DNA of 64,000 nucleotides, taken from positions 2,394,747-2,458,746 of the forward strand of contig SMSO01000037.1 of NCBI GenBank assembly GCA_004764695.1. The letters run 5' to 3'. The position numbers and the translations under genes are program-made. The notes beneath the pieces are model-generated. The model saw only the letters and a program-made list of their open reading frames with translations. It was not told the DNA's origin and did no database searches. Below, piece after piece: positions 28,901 to 39,044 of the stretch. Position 1 is the stretch's first letter. The number at the start of each line of letters is the position of its first letter. This DNA comes from Schizochytrium sp. TIO01. Taxonomy: Eukaryota; Protista; Bigyra: Labyrinthulomycetes.

Positions 28901-30558
28901 GGGCCACATGGTCAACAACATAATAGAGTCCAGAAGACTTGTTAACAACGCGGGTTTTCTGAGCATCTCTGAGTGAGTGAGTGATACTCATGAGGTCTCC
29001 CCCCGGAGTCTTTGAACCCCATCACCAAGTCGGCGAGATTGAGGAGCAGGGGCCGCAGAGCGTCATGTCCGAACATAAATCGTCAGCTTCCGGGCGGACG
29101 TCATGTGCTTCTGTGAATGAATGAATGAATGAATGAATGAAGAAAACAAAAACGACTAAGCTTTGCAGTCAGTGATGTGCATTCGAGAGAAGGAGCTAGT
29201 CCATGTCTCCTCTCAGCAGGGCTGATAAAATGACAAGAACTACGCAGAGCCATCTTATTGAACGCAATCATAGCGAGGAATTTGAAGTTCTTGCCTCAGC
29301 TCACGAGAGATAGGAAATAAGACCACGAGATGGGGAGACCATCCGTGCGTGTGGTGTCTACCACTATTTCTAGTAGAAGACTTAGTCTTTAATCTGCTTT
29401 CTTCCTAAAATGGTTTTCATATATCATATAGATTGAGTTGCGGGAACTCATGATAACATGGATCCATTTCTATTATTTTCAATATTAAAAAAATAAAAAA
29501 TAGTATATAATATGAAATCGTATAATTATAAGGAGTGTCTTATAAAATAAATAATATTATAGACACCACTACTGGCAATATATTTTTTTTTGTCTTAAAA
29601 ACTTTTTTTAAAGGAAAAAGAAAGAAACACGGACAGACGGTCCCGCATGATCCATCTGAGTTCTTTTTTCTTTTTGCTCTCTAGCTAGAGTTAATTTTTA
29701 AAAAAAGTGTTTCTTTAATGTAAACAAATAAACGAATGAAGCAATTGCATAGTGACGTTCTACCATATCCAGCTGCTGAGGAATGAATGAGTTCATAGTC
29801 TCGAGGCTGCAGAAAAATGTGTTCATGGTATATCGCGCCACCAGTTGCCCTCAAAGAAAAGATGCCCGACTTTGAAGATTGCGGTGACCTTCTTTATACT
29901 TCAACTTCATCAATCCGAAATAGAAAACAACCGTTTTCAGAACTTCTGATGAGCCACTTTTTAAATCTATTGCCAACCAGTGGGCACTGCATCATCCACA
30001 GAGGAAGAAGAAAAACTTGACACTAACAAAACACAACGAGTACCCATTTATGCGACAATACTCATAGACATTTCCTTTCTTTTGTGTGCCTCCGCATTTT
30101 CTTTCGCTTTAAAGCAACTTGAAGACGTATGAGACGTGCTTCTGCGGTTTCATGCTATCCTATCAAGTGATAACTCCAGCATTTCCAGACTGGGGAACCG
30201 TGACACCAACCCCGGGTCTTGACAATCCATGGTCCTGCTTGAAACAGGCCAACGCAGGGAAATCGAAATCGACTGAGTACTCTGTTTGAATCCACAAGGA
30301 TGCAGTACCTCTGACTGGCTACTACAAAATAATGATGCACAATATTACAGTGACGTTTGGTCGATCGTCCATCATAAACCTTTCACCCGTCATCCTTTTA
30401 TTTGTTTTTAAAATTCCAACAAAAACCAACATTGTACAGAATCAGGAAAGTCTCGCAGATGTGACATGGTGACACCTCGTCCATTCAAGGCGTCCTTTGT
30501 TAGCTAATTGCAGCTAACGTGTTACTGTTCCTGTTCATTTTCCTCTCTCACTCTGCAG

Positions 30559-30872
30559 ATTTCTCAATCGCGATGTTCAACGGTTATTGCGGCTTCTCCT
30601 CCGTTTTATCCCTGACTGCCTCAAAGGAACGATGGTGAAAGTGGACATATTTTGCGTTTGAACGGGCGTCTCATTTTCATTGCTTTTCTCTTACTCTACA
30701 CGCATGCGACCGGGTTCTTCTCGAAATGGAAGCATAGGTGCGGACCTGAAGGCACGCTTGTGACCGCGTTGCTGTGCGGAGCAGGGCTTTTCATTTCTAT
30801 CGGTTTCTTGCAAATGGAACCTCGCGAGCGAGTGAGGTACTGTAGAGTGACCCGCAGCTGGTACAAGAGGCG
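30559..30872 (+). other. Candidate cryptic internal exon (314 nt)
   Basis: Upstream: branch-like GCTAAT/GCTAAC (30503-30518), a pyrimidine tract and CTGCAG ending at 30558. Downstream: CG|GTAAGA donor at 30873. There is no transcript evidence. Confidence 0.3.
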
Positions 30873-33800
30873 GTAAGACTTAGTTTGGCAGCAGCCTTGG
30901 CGAAGGGGTCAGGTCTTCCCGAACTGGTTGGGGGGGGGCTTTCGTTGTTTGCGGAAATGCCAAGTCATCGAGAGGACAAATGCCCGCAAAGGGCCCCTCT
31001 GCTGGAAACAGAGAAGCGTGCCTAGCTAGTCCTCGAATCGGCGCAGAAGAAGAAACTGATGAAGCCACGTTGAAAGCAGTGCAAAATTGATGGTTTTAAT
31101 TGTGCTGGTGTTATTACAATCTTCAGCTCTCTATTTCATTCATTCCCCCTTACTTTTGTTTATTGTCTTTTCGTCTTTTTTCTTTCAAGTGATTGAAAAG
31201 CATTTTTGGTCACTTTTAAATTAAAAGAGGCTGGTAGTCAATCATCTGACGACCATCGAAATACCGTTAGATTTCCAAAATTAACGACAATTCCATGTGC
31301 TCGGAATTTTAGGCGCAAAATATTGAAGGCCAGAGGACATGCAACTTCAACATTAAAAATGACCTCCGCGCCTATAACCCGCATCCTTCCTACGAAGCTC
31401 GGTGTTACTGTTCTATAAAAAAAAGAGGGCTTTTCGGCGCCCATCGTCCGAAACTGAGACTTACTCATTTTCAACTAAAAAAATAAAAAGGGCCAAGAAA
31501 GAAAAAAGCAGTGAAACAGGGAAACCACCAGCAGCAGCAGCAGCAGCAGCAGTAAAATTTCAAAAACTTGAATCTCTTCAAATGTTAAACGAAAGGTCAG
31601 AGAGGAAAAGCTAGGCTCACGCGCGCGAACCAAAACAACCAGATCGAGCAGCTTAATGTAAGGTCTCCGCACGCAGTGTCTCAAAAGCACCCACTCAGCA
31701 GGCAGCTTGATCAAAAAGGACACATCCTCGCCGCTCCAAGGTAAGGTACGTATACATGCAATGCTTGCATGCATGTATAACGAGCGGGGATTCCGCAAGG
31801 AAAAGCAGCTCAGCCAGCATCTTTTTTCCCGTCCAATCCACAGGGACACTTCCCCGTAGGAAGCGCCCGCTAGAACTCGCCTAGCCACCCCTACCACCAG
31901 CCACTCCCAGCCGTAGCGGTGCCTGCTACCTTCTGTCTACGGCGCGCCTTCTACCATAAAGAGGCGGGAGACCATTCTGTGATGAAATTACATTCGTCTC
32001 ACAGTCGCATTATGGAGAAGCGTAATAATCAGAACGGGGAGACGAGGCGGAAAGAACGAGAAAGAAAGAACAAATGGAGAGAACTAACTTTGGTAGAAAA
32101 CGTTTGGAGAGAGAGAGAGAAAGAGGGCACGGAAGAGGAGGAGACCAAGGCGCCGCGAGCCGCCTGCCTCGGCGCTCGGGAGGGCGCACGAGGCGGCGTG
32201 GCTGCAGACGGCCCTTGGCGCCGGCTGCCTTCGTACATCGGCGATGGAGCATGAGCATGGATGGCGATGGCGATGGCGTTGACATCGCAAATGGTCGATG
32301 AGGAATCCTTCATTCATTCATGGAGCGAGAGGTACCGGCACTTACTCACCGAGCGAAAGAAGGCATCAAACAGACAAAGAGACAAACTGAGAGCACAGCA
32401 ACGCTGGCGTGGAGAAGCTGATGGAGGGAAGATTGAAGCTCGCTCGGGAAGACGCCGCCTCGTGAAGACCCGTGCAGACGAGCAAGCAAGCAAGCAAGCG
32501 AGCAAGCGAGCGAGCGACCACGCAAGGCACGCAGGCAGGCAAACAGGCAAGCAAAGCCAAGAGCGAGCAGAACTAGCTAGCTAGGTAAGCGGCAGCTCTT
32601 GGCAAAGCAAGCAAGCTGGCCTTGTACATTTCTTACCATAGGCTTCCAGGTGCGGCAGAGTACAGACCGCCAGAAGCTACTTCGGTGAAACGCAAAGCTG
32701 CACAAGCATTTGCCCGCGCCCGACTGCATCATTGGACTGTAGTAGCTGTGCAAAAGGTACTCCACGGCAAGCGGAAGAAAGCTTCGCTCTGGGCGAGCAA
32801 CTTCAACCGCAGAGTGGTAATTTCTGGGCACACAATTCTGCTTGCTCTCTCGATTGCTAGCTGCGCGGCTAGCGAGAACTGGCCTCCCTTCCGTTGCAGC
32901 TGTAACTCCATGCAAAATTGACTGCAATGTAGTGCGGTCGGCGAAAAGAAGAAAGGCTAGTGGTGTCAAAGTCCCGTGCAGAAGCAGGAGGCAACTCGAT
33001 TCGAAGAAAGCACTGAAGGGAGAAGGCGGAAGCTCGCTGCAAGTTGGAGCGCGCATGCCACATGGGGCCAAACCAGGATGCCTGCCTAATCGCCGACCAC
33101 ACCAGGCTACTAATGCTCTCTCACTTGCTCGCCTAAGCCGACACTCACTCGAGGAGGGAGGAAGCTCGCACGATATGCAATTGGCTGCAGCCGTAATCTT
33201 GGACACTGTAAGTAAGTAAGGCCTCTGCAGAGCAAATGACTCCTGGCCATCGATCGTATCTCCAGGCTTGCGTAACTATGTCCGCTTGAATTAGTGTCGG
33301 TAAGGGTGTAAGTAAGCAAGCAGGCAAGTAAGTAAGTCACATGTGGTATATAATGATTCTGCAACCTATAGTTTCATATTTCAGTTTTCATCGAGAGCTA
33401 GGCAAGATCGATGTCTTCGAAACGCATCCACGCCCTTCAACGCTTCAGCATGAAGCGGCCTGGCAGTCTACATTTTCTGTCTACTCATTCCTGTTTTGAA
33501 ATGCTGCTCTGTTTAGTTTAGTTTTGTCATGGCATGTTATTTATTATTATTTCATTGCTTGCATCCACCGGAATAACCTTGTGACAAAAGACACCCTCAC
33601 TGTGTCCCTTTCTTGCTGCTAACAGGGCTAGCTAGCTAGCTAGCTCTTGGAGGAGACTGTCCCTCTAGCACGCTTGAAAATAAGATCACCTCAACTGCAC
33701 CTATTGTAACTATCTCTGCAAAAGTACAATTGTATCGCCTCACCGAAGTAATAACCGAGAGTGTGGACGGTCCTTAATTACAACGCAGACTCAAATGAAG

Positions 33801-36800
33801 AGTTGTATTCAAGGGTTGTGCTCGTAGTTTAACCTGAAGAACCTGGCATCTAGACCGCCCCCCAGCATTCAGCCTACGTCTCTGCACGATTAAAAAAAAG
33901 GGCCTCCAAGGGAGAACAGGAGAGCGAAGAAGAACGCATTACAGCTCTTAAAAACATATGCCTTTTCGTTGGGCAAAAATGCAATCCACGACTGAGATGT
34001 TTAATATAAATTTAATCTTAGAGAATTTCAGAGGTAACATACGAGCTTTTTTTACAAATCCTGGTTATGGCCTCCACTCAAAATTAGTAGCCTATTTCCT
34101 TGTGTGTCACAATTCGGGTCGAACCATTTTCGAAACAGGCAAAACACCAGGACGACTATCTTCTGTTTATGTAGGCAAACCATTTTCTGTCCAAGCAATA
34201 ATATTGTCTCATATCTTTTAGTTCGTGTAATTCGAGAGCAAACTATAAGAGCTCCAAGTCCTTCCACTGGCTGAGTGGCTGGATGACCTCCTGTGCTACT
34301 CCGCGACAAGAGCAGTGCCGTTCGGAATGGTGTGCCTTCTGCACGCTCACGCGTAATCCTTGAACTCTTGGATAATCTTGGGACGTCACTCATAGGTAGT
34401 ACACCGTGTATACCACTGCAAACCTGGCATGTAGAACCGCCCTACTTTCACGAAGAAAAGCTCGTTTCGGGAAAATAAGATTGACCACCTCCATGGTTGC
34501 AAGGCGCCAAAAGAAGCATAGTATTGTCCCCCGAATGAGACCTGCCGCAATAATAAAAAGCATGAGAATTGTTTTCACAAGCTTGAACGAGTGAAATCCT
34601 GTTCACTCACTATTCTCTTATGTGCTCCATCCGCTTGTGGAGCAACCAAAAGGAAACGAGACATGTGTAGTTCACGTGCGCAGCTCTGTCACTTTCTGTT
34701 TACTACGACTACTTCTACTTGCACTAGTCTCGTCTGCTGCCTTTTTCTTCTTCTTTTATTTTTTATATTTAAAAAAATGCTCCTTTCAGAAAATTAGAAA
34801 AATTAATTCTCATTTGGCGTGTGTTGGGCCTCATTACTCTTACACCAAAGTAGCAAAAGTATTTATCTTATAACTGCAGTTTGAAGTTAATAGCTAAAGT
34901 ACAATAGACCCAACAACAAGAAGGCAAAGTTCCTTTGCAGCTCTGCAACAAGAGGCTGGGAAAGCGCACGTGGAGGGAACACTTGCGCGATACAATCCGA
35001 AGAACGTCGATTTCGTCTCCCTCGAGCCATTGTGCAAGTTAGTGAGGTCTTCTCGCATCTACACTTGCCAAACCTGCTGGAGACCAGCGAGTGTTCTCTA
35101 GAGGAGTCTTGGCAAGCGCCACATAGGAGAGGTAAGCCTTAAGGCCAGGAAGCCAGGCAGTTATTGCTCCAGCAATTCATTCTGAGGCTGCACGTGATGA
35201 ACCTTCTGCCGCATTGAAGAAGAAAGATCTTTGCTTTAATACCTTTTCAATCTGCGCAGGCTTTTTGATCAACGCCGATCAGTGATAGCTTTTCGGGAGG
35301 TTGGATAGGATACAAGTAAACACCTGTGCCCCCAAAGAAGAAAAAATCAAGCGAGCGTCTCGAAAGTAAGAATCTAATGCAGGAGGTCTGTACGCTCTCC
35401 CAGCTCAAGCTCACTACTCCAGAGCAAGCGCTCTCTTTTCTTTGATGATATTACCAACCGAATCTTATCCATCTTTCGTTTCTCGTGCACCACGAAAAAG
35501 GTTCTCTCTACATTAAAAGATAATCTCAACGAATGGCCTTTTTTTTGTAAAGAAGAAGCCCTCATCTCTTCTTCTCTCTCGAACCAACAATCATTCCACG
35601 AATTCTTGTCAACATTTCCTCTTTCATCTTTTACAGTGAAAAATGTATTCAATTTATTTATTTTAAAATAAATGAATTGTTGTTAATCTGTATTCTGCAG
35701 ACCCTATATTAGGTAATTTTGTTATTTTCCTCATCAGCCTGACAGACTGACAGATAAACAGACAGATATTCTTCGTTCCATCGCATTGCATCAAATAATG
35801 TAGAAATAAAATAATAGAGAAAGAGAGTTTCTGCCATAATACTTACAGGAGATAAACGTGTTCACCAATCGCTCGGAAGCGCAGTCTCCTCCGGCCCACC
35901 TCATAGACAGAGCCAATCCACATCATATCGTGCCGGCACGAGACAGTCTCGTGGGAAAAGAGAAGGAAGGAGGAGGTTGGAGGTATTCCTCATGAGCTGC
36001 CTGCCTCCTCCGGCCACGTCGCGATTGCCTTTTTTATTTTTTATTTTTTTAAATTAAATTAAATTAATAAACATAATAAACATAAAATATAAACCATGAA
36101 ATAGTTTTATTTTAGAATTAATACACACTAAAGAAAGTCATGCCTTGTTCAGTTTTTATTTTTTAACAAATAAAAGTATGAATTTCAGAAAAAGAAAAAG
36201 GAAAAAAGTTTCTCGATCGTAACTCCCTCGCCGCCGAGAGGAAAAGGCAAAGAGAGAGCGCAATGCCATAACTCGAGGTTGAGTGTACTCCTTGGCTGCC
36301 TTGATGCCGAAAACCATCTCAGAAGCTGATCTTCCCTGCATGTACGCTCAAGTCGATGCTGTGTACAGGTTTACTTTTTTCTTTCTGTTCGACATTCTTT
36401 TAGTATCATCTTTATTGAAGTGATGAATGAATAAATCAAAACACGAATAAACGGGAGATTGGAGTGATTGAGAGAGTGATTGACTCAATGAAACATTAAA
36501 GTATCGTTCATGGCCTGCAACATTCCTCTACACTACCAGAATCCTCTCACCATTACACCGTAACAAAGCCGAGTCTGGTTGAAAGAATTGCTGCTCGTGA
36601 ACTATTCTACCATACCCTCGCATGTCTCATTACTTTTATTGTTTTAAACGATTCTTTCCGTTTTCCTTGTTTTCCAATAGGAAAAGGTATGGAATTTTAA
36701 AAATATTTAATTTTAAAACGTTTATAAAACTGCTCCCAAAACTTTGATATATAATTTATTTATTTATTTTTCACAATATTGAATTTTTAGCTCCGGAATC

Positions 36801-37739
36801 CCACCCATCCCAAAGAAAAAGGGCGTAAACAAAAACCAGTTTCCCTTCCAACATTTTAACATCTAATTAACATCTAATTTTTGTGTATATAAATTTTTAA
36901 TGGAAAAAGACAATTCATAAATAATAATTTGAGTGTGTTCTTCCAATACCAGAAGGCGACAAAAAAGCCATCGCGTAACATTGTAACACAAATCAGGAAA
37001 CTTGCGAAGATTGGCAGAGCGCGTGAGGTAGCAAAGTTGTATAGTACAACAAGGGAGGATACCCCCCGGGAGTTTGTCTTGAAATAAAACTAAAACTTAT
37101 CTTATCGATTGAGAGGAAGAAACACTATGGTGCCTCTTAACTTTAAAGAATTTTTATTATCCTTTTTATCTGAGGGAATGAGGTAAGTGAGACAGGGAAG
37201 ACAGGCTGTGTATTATTTTAGTAAAAAATACATTTACAAAAATAATTTATATTAAAAATTTACATCAAACAGATGTTTATGGAAACGCGTTTCAAGACGT
37301 CTGAGAGGGGCGATTGAGAAACGTACTAGCCTCTTTTGTTTTAGAAAGTTTAAAAAATCAATAGTAAAGTTAAGTTTTGTAAATAAACATGCAAACAAAA
37401 AGAGAAATTATTAGGCAGAAGCAGGGGAAAATAAGAAAGTAAAAGGAATGAAAGGCAGCAACCAATAACTTGTCGAGGCAACGCAAGCAAAAACCAAACT
37501 CCAAACAGGCCAAGTCCAAGTCACCTTGCCGAGCAGGGCCCACCAGCTTTTACTTAGCTAAGCTTTCTCTTCAATCTTAGTATTGACGTAGTGCGATAGT
37601 CTCGTGCAGAGAAGAGGCTCGCCACAAGACTAGCACAGTCTCTCCTTTCGTTGCGTCAGCGAGGAAAGGGAAGTAGAAGGAGCGAAAGTCTTCATAACAG
37701 CGGACCTTTTTTCAAGAGTTCACCAACACGAAGACCACC

Positions 37740-37877
37740 ATGCTCCCATTCACAGCGCACCTGCAGCAGCAGGGCCAACAACAGCAGAACGGCGGCGGCT
37801 TTGACCGTCTTCAGCTCCAGCAACAGCTCATGGCACTCCAGCAGGTGCTTCCTGCTGCTAGCGCACAGCAGCTTCTC

Positions 37878-37912
<35 letters not shown>

Positions 37913-37981
37913 ACAGTTCTCGTCCTGGTCTAGCCCCGACGACTTCCTCCGTAAACAAATGCAGCAGCAGCAGCAGCAACC

Positions 37982-38014
<33 letters not shown>

Positions 38015-39044
38015 CAACTCGGTTGCAGAGCTCGTGGCAGCAATGCTTGCTAAGCACAAGGAGCAGCAACAGCAGCAGCAGGCAATGCAATTCTTGCAAC
38101 TGCAGCAGCAGCAACAACAGCACCAGCAACACCAGCAGCAATTTCAGAATGGAATGTTCCCCTCCAAAAACATGCCAGACAGCCTCCAGTCTGCAAAGTT
38201 ATTATCCCAGCTGCTTGCACGCAGTGACAGTTCTACACCTGCATCCGAAGGCAGCAGCGTTGATGGAGACAGTGCTGCATCTTCTTACTATAAATCGGAG
38301 CAGCAGCCTAATCCCTACTTTCCCGCCGCTGTCGCTCAGGCTATGGCGGCTGCACATGTAACCCCCGAACAAGCTGCAGGTATGATTGGTGCCGAGGTGA
38401 GTGACGTCAAGCTGGGCGCTGCAGCGGCTGCTGCTGCTAGTTTACAGCAGCAGCGCAGGAAAGGTCCTGTTATGAAAAAGCAGGTTTGCCACATGTGCCA
38501 AAAGTCTTTCCGCTTTCCCAACGAGCTTAAGCGACACATTGAAGGGGTACACGAGGGCATTAAATTTCCGTGTGAACTTTGTGATAAGAGCTTTAGCACT
38601 AAGTGCAACTTGCACAAGCATGTGAACGCTGCACACAACGGCCGCACCTATGTTTGCCCCGTGTGCAAAAAGTCCTTCACAGATCCCTCGAACCTGCGCA
38701 AGCACATCAAGTCCATTCATGAGCGTCAACGCTACGCATGCCAAATGTGTGGAAAACAGTTTACACAGAACTCACACCTCCGTACGCATATTAAGTCCTT
38801 CCATGAGCGCCGTCGCTACCCTTGCCCGATCTGCCCCAAGGACTTCTCTCGTAAAGACCACCTTCAGGCTCACACCCGGACGGTGCACGGATGCGTGCTC
38901 CCAGCGAATGGCAACCAGCCTAACGCAGGTGCCAATGTCAACTCCATGGCTATGGAAGCTGCCACTGCCTCTGCAGTCCAGGCCTTAGCGATGGCTCAGG
39001 CCCGTGCATCAACCGCAAAGCCAATAGCTTCTGCCACATACTAA
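37740..39044 (+). CDS. C2H2 zinc-finger transcription factor (5 tandem fingers, N-terminal poly-Q and Ala-rich region), 434 aa
   Basis: Start context ACCACCATG. Five C-x2-C-x12-H-x4-H fingers: CHMC..HIEGVH, CELC..HVNAAH, CPVC..HIKSIH, CQMC..HIKSFH, CPIC..HTRTVH. Basic patch RRKGPVMKK before finger 1. CAG/CAA tracts encode the poly-Q. Confidence 0.95.

Larger units (their letters stand above)
1..37739. other. Gene desert (at least 37.7 kb, open at the left edge) upstream of the C2H2 zinc-finger gene
   Basis: The longest ORF wholly inside is 209 aa. Most ORFs are translations of microsatellites (ASKQASKQ, CLFVCLFV, ETETET, SLSLSL) and none shows a recognisable domain. By contrast, 42.6-63.7 kb holds six genes. 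Confidence 0.75.

Noticed and set aside
3547-33364. Numerous 60-209 aa ORFs in the desert (e.g. 6390-6848, 7437-7955, 25792-26235, 32577-33206)
   Set aside because: Many are translations of microsatellites, they overlap each other on both strands, often start at TTG/GTG, and show no domain motifs.
37651-38361. 236-aa S/N-rich ORF and antisense poly-L/poly-C ORFs
   Set aside because: They are alternative-frame readings of the CAG/CAA tracts of the zinc-finger CDS.
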